Shown one piece after another: positions 20,342-28,099 of a stretch of DNA of 64,000 nt. Below the pieces are notes generated by a model that was not told where the DNA came from, did not search any database, and saw nothing but the letters and a program-made list of their open reading frames with translations. Position 1 is the first letter of the stretch. Each line of letters begins with the position of its first letter. The position numbers were made by a program, and so were the translations under genes. Source of the DNA: Microvirga sp. (GTDB lineage: Bacteria > Pseudomonadota > Alphaproteobacteria > Rhizobiales > Beijerinckiaceae); assembly GCA_029266525.1 (NCBI GenBank), contig JAQSWQ010000006.1, positions 9,370 through 73,369 of the forward strand, written 5' to 3'.

Positions 20342-22090
20342 TCAGTCGCCGATCGCCACTCCCTCGCGGCGGCCGTCGGCGCCGCCGAGGAAGCCGGAAG
20401 CCGTGAGAACGATCGCCTGGATGCCCGAGGTCATCGGCGTCGCGCGCACGGTATGGCCCTTGGCCTCGAGCTCGGCCTTCCAGCCTTCGGCCTCGGTTCC
20501 GGCCTCCAATTCGGTCGGGCCGTTGCGGCTGCCGAAATTCGGCAGGTCGACCGCGACTTGCGGGTCCATCTTCCAGTCGAGGATCGCGACCAGCGTCTTT
20601 GCGACATAGCCGATGATATGACTGCCGCCGGGCGAGCCGGTCACCGCGTAAAGCCGGCCGAAGGCATCGAACACGATCGTCGGCGCCATCGAGCTGCGCG
20701 GGCGTTTGCCGGCCTCGACGCGGTTCGCGACCGGCTTGCCCTCCTCGGCCGGCACGAAGTTGAAGTCGGTCAGCTCGTTGTTGAGGAGAAAGCCGCCTCT
20801 GGTCATGAGCCGCGCCCCGAAGGCGTCCTCGATCGTCGTCGTCATCGAGACGGCGTTGCCCTCGGCGTCCACGACCGAGATGTGGCTGGTGCCGTTCTCG
20901 ACGCCGTCGGCGGGAGCGGGGCGCTGCGACCTTTGGAAGGGCGGGTCGCCCGGCTGCGCGCGGCCCATCGACTTGCCCGGCGCGATGAGGGCCGCCCGGC
21001 CCTTCAGATAGCCGGGGTCGGTCAGGCCCTTCACCGGAACGTTCACAAAGCCGGGATCGCCGAGATAGAGCGCGCGATCGGCGAAGGCGAGACGGCCCGC
21101 TTCCGAGAACCAGTGCGCCGCCTCCGGCCCGGGCTTGAGCCGCCCGATCTCGCGCGTCTCGAGGATCGCGAGCATCTGCTGCACGGCAACCGCGCCCGAG
21201 CTCGGCGGTCCCATGCCGCAGATCGTGTAGACGCGGTATTTGCCGCAGACCGGCGCGCGCTCGACGACGGCGTAGCCGCGCAGATCGGTCAGCGTCATGT
21301 CGCCGGGGCTGGTCGGATGCGCAGCGGCGGTCGCGACGATGTCCTCGGCGATGGTCCCGTTGTAGAAGGCGTCGGCGCCGCGCTCGGCGAGCGTGCGCAG
21401 CGTCCTCGCGAAATCCGGGCTCTTGAGGATGGTGCCGACCGGCTTCGGGCTGCCGTCCTCCTGGTAGAAATAGGCCTTCGCCCGCACGTCCTGGCGCAGC
21501 GCCTGCTCCTGGCCAAGAAGGCCGTTCAGGCGCGGCGAGATCGCGAATCCCTCCTCGGCCAGGCGGATCGCGGGCTCGAACAGCCGCTCCCACGGCAGCT
21601 TGCCCCATTTCTTGTGTGCGGCTTCGAGCAGGCGCACGGTCCCGGGCACCCCGACCGAGCGCCCGCCGACGACCGCGTCCATGAACTTCATGGGCTTGCC
21701 GTCGGGGCCGAGGAACCGCTCGGGCGTCGCTGCGGCCGGCGCGGTCTCGCGGCCGTCGATGGTGGAGATGGCGCGCGCGGCGGCGTCCCAATGCACGACG
21801 AATGCGCCGCCGCCGATCCCGGAGCTCTGCGGCTCGACGAGGTTGAGGACGAGCTGGACCGCGATCGCCGCGTCCGCCGCGCTGCCGCCGGCCCGCAGGA
21901 TCTCGCGCCCGGACTCGGCGGCGAGCGGGTTCGCGGCGGCGACCATGTATTTCGTCGCTTCGCCGACGCTGCGGGCGGTCCGGCCGGTCGCGCCTTCGGG
22001 TTGGGCGAGTTGCTGGGCCGACGCCGTGAGCGGGGCGGCAGCGAGCAGGGCCGCAGCGACGGATCTCCGCCAGTCGAGAATGGATGTCAT
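20342..22090 (-). CDS. ggt: gamma-glutamyltransferase
   Basis: 582-aa ORF with a signal peptide, SGIGGGAF, and the autoprocessing/catalytic segment NGTSHISVVDAEGNAVSMTTTIE. Confidence 0.9.
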   Translation of the reverse strand: MTSILDWRRSVAAALLAAAPLTASAQQLAQPEGATGRTARSVGEATKYMVAAANPLAAESGREILRAGGSAADAAIAVQLVLNLVEPQSSGIGGGAFVVHWDAAARAISTIDGRETAPAAATPERFLGPDGKPMKFMDAVVGGRSVGVPGTVRLLEAAHKKWGKLPWERLFEPAIRLAEEGFAISPRLNGLLGQEQALRQDVRAKAYFYQEDGSPKPVGTILKSPDFARTLRTLAERGADAFYNGTIAEDIVATAAAHPTSPGDMTLTDLRGYAVVERAPVCGKYRVYTICGMGPPSSGAVAVQQMLAILETREIGRLKPGPEAAHWFSEAGRLAFADRALYLGDPGFVNVPVKGLTDPGYLKGRAALIAPGKSMGRAQPGDPPFQRSQRPAPADGVENGTSHISVVDAEGNAVSMTTTIEDAFGARLMTRGGFLLNNELTDFNFVPAEEGKPVANRVEAGKRPRSSMAPTIVFDAFGRLYAVTGSPGGSHIIGYVAKTLVAILDWKMDPQVAVDLPNFGSRNGPTELEAGTEAEGWKAELEAKGHTVRATPMTSGIQAIVLTASGFLGGADGRREGVAIGD

Positions 22091-22163
22091 CGGCCGCTCC
22101 TCGAGCCTCTGGGAAGCCCGAAGTCTACTCCGGCCGCGCCGCCGCGCCAGCGCGGCGCCGGGG

Positions 22164-22397
22164 TCAATGCGCTTCGCCGCGGCCCCGGCCGTTCAGGATC
22201 CTGATCAGGATCCCCATGCCGTCGTCGCGGTCGAGAGCCGGCGGCACGAGGCTTTCCTGCTCGGCGGCGGCGAGCCGGCGCCCGACCGCGAACAGGAGGG
22301 CATCGAGGAGCTGGCCGAGGAATTCCTCCTCGCTCTCATGGGCCACCTCGCGCGCGGCGAGGCAGTGATCGGCGATGGTTTCGAGATGTGCGCTCAC
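22164..22397 (-). CDS. hypothetical 77-aa protein (last ORF of the LysR-linked operon)
   Basis: Its GTG start overlaps the stop of the upstream gene (GTGA). I recognise no motif, and it could be a non-coding ORF artefact of the GC-rich sequence. Confidence 0.3.
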   Translation of the reverse strand: MSAHLETIADHCLAAREVAHESEEEFLGQLLDALLFAVGRRLAAAEQESLVPPALDRDDGMGILIRILNGRGRGEAH

Positions 22398-22975
22398 GCT
22401 GACGCTACTCCATGCAGTTCGCGGCGCTCGAAGGTCTCGACCGCAGCGGGGATGTCGATGAGGTCGGCGAATTCGCCGATCAGGCCGCAGACGCTGTCAT
22501 GGGCGACCGCGCCGTAGCTGCCGGCGGCCTCGCCCACGAAGCGGATGCGGTGACCGCGCGAATAGGCGTCGATCGCCGTCGCAAGCCCGGTGTAATTCGC
22601 CCCGAAGCCGGCGAGGAAGAACAGCGGGTCGCGGACATGGCCGAAGAAGCGCGTGAACGCCTCGCAGGAGTAGCAGGAGGGCAGGTCGTGCTCGAACACC
22701 ATCTCGTTCGGCCAGGGCCGCACCGGCTCCAGCCAGTCGGCGAACTGGCCGGCCGGGTTGAAGAACGGGCTCTCCTGAAGGCGCCTGAAATGGGCGATCG
22801 GCAGCTGCGCCGCGCGCGCCGCCGTGAGAAGGCGCTTGCAGCCTTCGAGCACGGCGCCGGCGTCGGCGATGCTGTAATGGCGCCCTGCGATGGCGTGCTC
22901 GAGCTGGAGGTCGGTGAGCAAGAGGACCGGGACGACGCGCCTGAACCGGGTGCTCGCTGCAATGACTTGGGCCAC
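22394..22975 (-). CDS. isochorismatase-like hydrolase family protein (tentative)
   Basis: 193-aa ORF with a GTG start preceded by GAGGAG at a 6-nt spacing. The length and the pattern VLLLTDLQ.....IAHFR......FFLAGFGANYTGLATAIDA resemble the isochorismatase/cysteine-hydrolase fold. I could not place a catalytic Cys confidently. Confidence 0.55.
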   Translation of the reverse strand: MAQVIAASTRFRRVVPVLLLTDLQLEHAIAGRHYSIADAGAVLEGCKRLLTAARAAQLPIAHFRRLQESPFFNPAGQFADWLEPVRPWPNEMVFEHDLPSCYSCEAFTRFFGHVRDPLFFLAGFGANYTGLATAIDAYSRGHRIRFVGEAAGSYGAVAHDSVCGLIGEFADLIDIPAAVETFERRELHGVASA

Positions 22976-22985
22976 GATAGACTCC

Positions 22986-23639
22986 TCAAGCCGCCTTGGC
23001 GTTGCGCAAAGGTGAGGTGACGGGACGGACCGTCGAGCGTTCGAGCACGCCGGGCCGGTGCCATTCGCCCTCGGGGCGAATCAGCACATAGGGGTCGGAG
23101 GCGAGCGAGATCGCATCCGGATGCGGCTCCGTCTCGAGGAGCATCTCGGTGTAGCTGAAGTCGCTGAACACCAGTTCGCGCCTCGGCTCGACCGGGCGGG
23201 CGCCGAAGCGCTTCCAGAACGGAACCAGGCGATCCTGGGCGTGGCCGTAGATCTTGCGGTAGCCCTTGACCCGGCAGAGCTCGATGCCGGCGCGCACGAG
23301 GTCGAACGCGAGGCTCGAGCGGCGGAACTCGCGCCGGACCGCAAGGCGCTCGAGCTTGGCGAAGTCGGCGAAGAAGCGCGCCCGGATGCAGCCGGCGGGC
23401 TCGTCGCCGATCGTGCCCAGGAGGTGCATGCCGCAGAAATCGTTGCCGTCGAACTCCTCGCCGTAGGGGCAGTCCTGCTCGGCCATGTAGACGGCGGCGC
23501 GCAGCGCGATGACTTGCATCAGCTCGTTCAGGGTCCGGGCGACCTTGATTCGCTTTTCCGGCTCGTTCGAGCGCCGCTCGTCGCCAGCCTCGACGGCCTT
23601 GAGCTTCGGCGCGGTGTGGACGCGGGGTTCCTGGTGCAT
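22986..23639 (-). CDS. GNAT-family N-acyltransferase (ElaA-like core with about 50-aa C-terminal extension)
   Basis: 217-aa ORF. LRAAVYMAEQDCPYGEEFDGNDF..HLLG....GCIRARF...AKLERLAVRREFR resembles the ElaA/COG2153 GNAT signature. GGAGGG lies upstream of the ATG. Confidence 0.7.
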   Translation of the reverse strand: MHQEPRVHTAPKLKAVEAGDERRSNEPEKRIKVARTLNELMQVIALRAAVYMAEQDCPYGEEFDGNDFCGMHLLGTIGDEPAGCIRARFFADFAKLERLAVRREFRRSSLAFDLVRAGIELCRVKGYRKIYGHAQDRLVPFWKRFGARPVEPRRELVFSDFSYTEMLLETEPHPDAISLASDPYVLIRPEGEWHRPGVLERSTVRPVTSPLRNAKAA

Positions 23640-23645
23640 GCCCGA

Positions 23646-24086
23646 TCAGCCCTCCGAGTTCGAGGAACCGCTGGTCCGGCGAACGCGGCGGTAGAGATTC
23701 GTAGGACCGCCTTCGACCGCGCGGAGACCAATTCGCTCGAAGAAGGTTCTCCCGATGTCGCCGGTCGGGAACGTCCAGAGGTCCGCGTTCCTAAAGCGCC
23801 ACGTTTCCAGCATTTTGAGGATGTCGCCGATGCCGCCACCTCCATCTTTGTAGATGCCCCAGAAATAAACTCCGACAGCGGGCTCCCTGGCGCTTACGAG
23901 ACACTCCTCGGCCGGATCGTGTGGATCGAGCCCACCGCCGAGAAGCTTGGCGACACCGACTTCCGAGAGAAAGAGGAAGGCCACCCCGCCGGTGATCCGC
24001 CCGTCGGTCTCGAAAACCCACAGAGTTTCCGGGTCGCGGGCTAGCATCCGCTCGACCACCTCCTGTGGGGCGACCGGTACGCCCAT
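23646..24086 (-). CDS. hypothetical protein (first gene of the LysR-linked operon)
   Basis: I prefer ATG 24086 (146 aa, MGVPVAPQEVVERML...) because it leaves about 210 bp of divergent promoter space. The ORF stays open up to TTG 24272 / ATG 24266. I recognise no motif, and the codon usage is lower in GC than the surroundings. Confidence 0.5.
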   Translation of the reverse strand: MGVPVAPQEVVERMLARDPETLWVFETDGRITGGVAFLFLSEVGVAKLLGGGLDPHDPAEECLVSAREPAVGVYFWGIYKDGGGGIGDILKMLETWRFRNADLWTFPTGDIGRTFFERIGLRAVEGGPTNLYRRVRRTSGSSNSEG

Positions 24087-24298
24087 CGCTTTGCTACCGG
24101 CTCGCCGAAGCGCACCTATTTCCTCGGGTTGGGGCTGCCGCAGGAGAGTCTGGGGCTTTCTGATGAGGGATAGGTCACCAGAATTGACGCACGCTGGCCT
24201 AGCTCGCGCGTCTTCGCGAGGTTCCTGAGCGGAATTGCTTGCAGTTTCGTGCGTTTGGTGCAGCATAAGCAAACCTTCTCACGGCATTGGGCGAGGCG

Positions 24299-25375
24299 AT
24301 GCCCACAAGTGTGAAACGCGGTGTTTCGGATTTGAAACGCTCAAGCGCGCTCGACCTGGATCGGCTTTCGTGGGACGACCTTCGGGTTTTCATCACGGCC
24401 GCACGGCACGAGAGCTTTCGCAAGGCTGCCAACGTGGCGCACGTGAGCGCGGCGACGGTCACTCGTCGGATCGAGGCTCTGGAGAGGCAATTCGGCTTTC
24501 GGCTGTTCGACCGGCTGCCAGACGGGGTACGCTTGACCCGGGAGGGCAAATGGGTCCTCGACGCCGCGCAGAAGATGGAGCAAGCGAGCGTCGGGCTTCG
24601 CCGCTTCCTGGATCAGGATATCACGACGCGCGGTGTAATCCGGTGCGCGGTGACCGAGGGTCTCGGGACGTATTGGATCCTGCCTCGCCTTGTCGAGTTC
24701 AATCGCGCTAATCCGTACTCAGTGATCGACCTCGACTGCACGATGAACGTGATGGACGTAGGGCGGATGGAAGCGGACTTAGCGATACAACTCGTCCGGC
24801 CGACAAGCCCCGATCTGAAGGTAGTGAAACTCGGACGCTTTCATATCTATCCATTCGCAGCACCAAAATACCTGGAGATTTTCGGCACGCCGAAGTCGAA
24901 AGCCGATCTTTCGCGCCATCGGATTATCGACCAAGTCAGTCCGCAGATAGCGGAAGGCTTTCTTGAAAAGCTGATTGGTCTTCAAAGCATCGAAGGAGTG
25001 GTCGCGCTGAGGACCAACTCCAGTTCCGCGCATTTCTATGCCATCGAACATGGCATCGGCATAGGGGTGCTGCCGACCTACGCGATCCCGCTTGGGGCGG
25101 ACGTCGTGCCGCTGGACCTCGGCATTCGTCAGGAAGTGGACATTTGGCTGACCTATCATCCGGACGTTCGGCAGGTGCCCCGCATTTCGCTGTTCGTCGA
25201 TTGGCTGAAAGACATCTTTGATCCCTCGAAGTACCCTTGGTTCCGCGATGAATTCATACATCCCTTGGATTTAATGAGGTGGCGACCAAATGGTCCGGCT
25301 GTCGCCGTTGAACCTGCGCGTGGCGTGATCGCGCATCCTCCCAACATAGAGGAGGCAGTTCCCGTCGCTGCATAG
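24299..25375 (+). CDS. LysR-family transcriptional regulator
   Basis: It has the N-terminal wHTH WDDLRVFITAARHESFRKAANVAHVSAATVTRRIEALE and a LysR substrate-binding domain of typical length. The start is ATG 24299 or TTG 24287. It is divergent from the 24086-22164 operon. Confidence 0.9.
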   Translation: MPTSVKRGVSDLKRSSALDLDRLSWDDLRVFITAARHESFRKAANVAHVSAATVTRRIEALERQFGFRLFDRLPDGVRLTREGKWVLDAAQKMEQASVGLRRFLDQDITTRGVIRCAVTEGLGTYWILPRLVEFNRANPYSVIDLDCTMNVMDVGRMEADLAIQLVRPTSPDLKVVKLGRFHIYPFAAPKYLEIFGTPKSKADLSRHRIIDQVSPQIAEGFLEKLIGLQSIEGVVALRTNSSSAHFYAIEHGIGIGVLPTYAIPLGADVVPLDLGIRQEVDIWLTYHPDVRQVPRISLFVDWLKDIFDPSKYPWFRDEFIHPLDLMRWRPNGPAVAVEPARGVIAHPPNIEEAVPVAA

Positions 25376-25681
25376 CCAATGAGTCCATCCTCGAGCTTCA
25401 AAGAGCAGACCGCGGCCGCCGCGTAATCGGTTAATCAACCCCCCAACGTACCGGTCTGGATTTCGGCTGCTTCCTTGACGCAGAAACGCCCAAGTTGTGT
25501 TGGAGAGGGCCGAGCACTGAAGAGCGCAGGCGCGCCAAAAATCCGGTGGTCAAACCGCTTAGGGTTATTCACGCGCCCACAGCTTGGCGGTATGTACAAC
25601 TGATCGTGACCGCGCTATCGGGCTTCCCGCGAAGCCCGGAACGCGGTAATGCGGGCCTGCAACCTAAGCGAGGATATCTGA

Positions 25682-26182
25682 ATGGCCATGCAAACAGTGA
25701 AGTCGGCGAGTCCGGTCGATCGTCACGTCGGCGCGCGCGTGCGCATGCAGCGGATGCTGCTCGGGATGAGCCAAACCGATCTCGGCCAGCGCGCCGGCGG
25801 TATCACCTTCCAGCAGATCCAGAAGTACGAGAACGGGGTCAACCGCATCGGCGCGAGCCGCCTGCACCTGATCTCGCGGGCGCTCGGCGTCCCGATCGAG
25901 TTCTTCTACGAGGGCGCCCCGGACCCGGTCGGGAGCGGCCGCGGCAAGGCCTCGACCGTCGCGGTTCCGGACGTGTCGAGCTTCCTTGCCTCCTCCGACT
26001 CCGTCGACCTGATGAAGGCCTTCGTGCAGATCAAGGATCGCGGCGTGCGCCGCCGGATCGTGAAGCTTGCCGAGGAGCTCGCTCGCGGCGAGTCGTCGCG
26101 GGAGAAGGAAGCGGCAAAGCCGGCCGGCCGGCCGGCCGCGAAGACCGCCGCGAAGGGCGCGACGAAGCAGGGCCGCCGCTGA
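25682..26182 (+). CDS. XRE-family HTH transcriptional regulator with basic Ala/Lys-rich tail
   Basis: 166-aa ORF with the HTH_3 motif LGMSQTDLGQRAGGITFQQIQKYENGVNRI. The C-terminal tail is KPAGRPAAKTAAKGATKQGRR. Confidence 0.85.
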   Translation: MAMQTVKSASPVDRHVGARVRMQRMLLGMSQTDLGQRAGGITFQQIQKYENGVNRIGASRLHLISRALGVPIEFFYEGAPDPVGSGRGKASTVAVPDVSSFLASSDSVDLMKAFVQIKDRGVRRRIVKLAEELARGESSREKEAAKPAGRPAAKTAAKGATKQGRR

Positions 26183-26203
26183 GCGCCGTGATCGGGCTCG
26201 GCT

Positions 26204-26941
26204 CTAGAGGCCGGGCCCCTTGGCGGCGCCGAGGATCGGGCCGGGCTTCTCCTGCTCGCCCGCCTGCAGGATGACGACGTAAGAGTCGGCATCGGCGGGG
26301 CGTGCCTTGGTCAGCGGCACCTCGAAATGCGCCTGGGCGCCGGACCAGAACCCGGCCCGGGTCATGCCGCGGACCACGTTCGCGTAGGTCACCGAACGGC
26401 CCCGGTTCTCGCCGCGGCCGATCGCGACCTCGCGCTCCTTCAGGACCGGCAGCACCCACACCTCGCCCGAAGCAGGCGGCTCCGCGCGCCCGACCTCGAT
26501 CGCGAGCGTCTCGCCCTTCTCGGCAAGATCGATCCGCACCGGCAGGCTCTGGCGTGCCGCCGGCGCGCGGGTCATGGCACGGCCGATCTGCGCCCGGTCC
26601 GACCCGACGCAGGAGGTCTTGCCGTTGACGATCACCTGCGGGGTGAAGACCTGGCGGTCGCCGCGGGCCTCGGCATAGGCGCGCTGGCGCGCGCTGAAGG
26701 CGGGCGAGGCGAGGGTGTCCTTCCAGCCGAGATAGTCCCAATAATCGACCGGGAAGGACAGGGCGACGATCCCGGGCTCCTTGGAAAGGTCGTAGACCAC
26801 GCGGTCGGCTGGCGGGCAGGACGAGCAGCCCTGGCTCGTGAAGAGCTCGACCACAGCCTTCGGCGGCTCGCCGGCGAGGCTCGGCATCGCGGAGAACGCC
26901 GAGGCGAGCGCGGCGAGGAGCCTGAGGCGGCCAGGAGGCAT
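26204..26941 (-). CDS. DUF1223 family secreted thioredoxin-like protein
   Basis: I use the internal ATG at 26941, giving 245 aa, with a signal peptide (MPPGRLRLLAALASAFSAMPSLA). ELFTSQGCSSCPPAD and YWDYLGWKD are the DUF1223 hallmarks I recall. Confidence 0.8.
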   Translation of the reverse strand: MPPGRLRLLAALASAFSAMPSLAGEPPKAVVELFTSQGCSSCPPADRVVYDLSKEPGIVALSFPVDYWDYLGWKDTLASPAFSARQRAYAEARGDRQVFTPQVIVNGKTSCVGSDRAQIGRAMTRAPAARQSLPVRIDLAEKGETLAIEVGRAEPPASGEVWVLPVLKEREVAIGRGENRGRSVTYANVVRGMTRAGFWSGAQAHFEVPLTKARPADADSYVVILQAGEQEKPGPILGAAKGPGL

Positions 26942-26976
26942 GCCCCCATAAACACCAGGGGCCCTTCGGCGCGAAG

Positions 26977-27924
26977 TCACTTTGCCTTGAGCCCGGTGTG
27001 AGCGGCCGGAACGCGCCAGCGCCGATGCATCCACAGCCATTGATCCGGGTGCTCGCGCACCCAGCCTTCGACGACCCGCGTCATGGCCTGCATCGCGCCC
27101 TGCACGTCGATCAGCCCGTCGGCGTCGCGCAGAAGCTCGAGAGCGGGCGTCAATTCAAGCCTGAAGCGGCCTCCGGGCAGGCGGATGACCCGCACGCCAT
27201 GCACCGGGCAGTCGAACGCGCGGGCGAACTTCGCCATGACCGGGTTGGTCAGCGCCGGGCGGCCGAAGAACTCGACCGTCACGCCGCGCGTGAAGTGCTG
27301 GTCGATCAGCATGCCGAGATGCCCGCCGCGCTCGAGCACCGCCTGCATGGCGAAGGCAGCGCCCTGGCGCGCGGCTTCGAGCCCGCCCATGGTCTCGTTA
27401 CGGATTTCGTGCACCACGCGGGCGACGGCCGGATCGTTCGGCGGGCGGAACACGGCGGTGGCTTCGAGCCCGTAGCGCGCGGCGCAGATCGCCGGCATCT
27501 CCCAATTGGCGAGGTGGGCGGAGAAGATCAGCCCCGGCTTGCCGTCGTCGCGCAAGGCCATGAACTGCTCGACGCCCTCGACCTCGATCCGTCCCGTGGC
27601 GTCGGCCCAGTAGTCGTAATCGAAGAGTTCGCCGAGATGGGGGTATTCCGCACCGATGCGGCCGACATTCTCCCAGGCGCCGGAGAGGATCGCGCGGAGT
27701 TCGGCTTCGCTCTTGTCCGGAAAGGCCGCGCGCAGATTGGCGAGCCCGATACGCTGCTGCGGCAGGAGCGGGCCCAGCCGGCGCGCGATCGCCCCGCCGA
27801 TATTGCTCGAACGGTCCGGCCCGAGCGCGCGGGCGAGCGCGAACACGCCGCGCACCACGCCGATCATGGCGTACTCGGCGATCTTCCAGAGAAAGCGCCG
27901 CGCGAGGGACGGGTTGTGGATCAT
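26977..27924 (-). CDS. lpxXL: lipid A late acyltransferase (LpxL/HtrB family), positional LpxXL candidate
   Basis: 315-aa ORF with an N-terminal membrane anchor and the acyltransferase HX4E motif (SAHLANWE). It sits at the end of the acpXL-type cluster. Confidence 0.7.
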   Translation of the reverse strand: MIHNPSLARRFLWKIAEYAMIGVVRGVFALARALGPDRSSNIGGAIARRLGPLLPQQRIGLANLRAAFPDKSEAELRAILSGAWENVGRIGAEYPHLGELFDYDYWADATGRIEVEGVEQFMALRDDGKPGLIFSAHLANWEMPAICAARYGLEATAVFRPPNDPAVARVVHEIRNETMGGLEAARQGAAFAMQAVLERGGHLGMLIDQHFTRGVTVEFFGRPALTNPVMAKFARAFDCPVHGVRVIRLPGGRFRLELTPALELLRDADGLIDVQGAMQAMTRVVEGWVREHPDQWLWMHRRWRVPAAHTGLKAK

Positions 27925-28099
27925 GGGCCCGCCCCCGCGGCGGCGCGCAGGAATACCCTCGCCGCGAAGGGCGGCGCTGCGGTCGAAAGCCCGGTCATGG
28001 TGCGGCTGGGGTAAAGACCGAGAGGGCCAGGCGCAAGCATCCGGTCGTCTCGACCGGTGCCGGCGCGCCGGCTACAAGCCGTCGTCGCCCTTCACCCAT

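Noticed and set aside
22091-22163. GC-rich hairpin gccgcg-ccag-cgcggc downstream of the 77-aa ORF, considered as an intrinsic terminator.
   Set aside because: No U-tract follows it on the transcribed (minus) strand. I saw no convincing Rho-independent terminator anywhere in the window and list none.
24087-24272. 62-codon N-terminal extension (TTG 24272 / ATG 24266) of the first gene of the LysR-linked operon.
   Set aside because: It would leave only about 15-30 bp for two divergent promoters, and it is rich in rare codons. I kept it as an alternative start in the feature note.
25615-25645. Hairpin gggcttc-ccgc-gaagccc followed by ggaac upstream of the XRE regulator, resembling one arm of the type B repeat.
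   Set aside because: It is a single short arm without the GTCAT terminus or a partner arm, too little to call a solo element.
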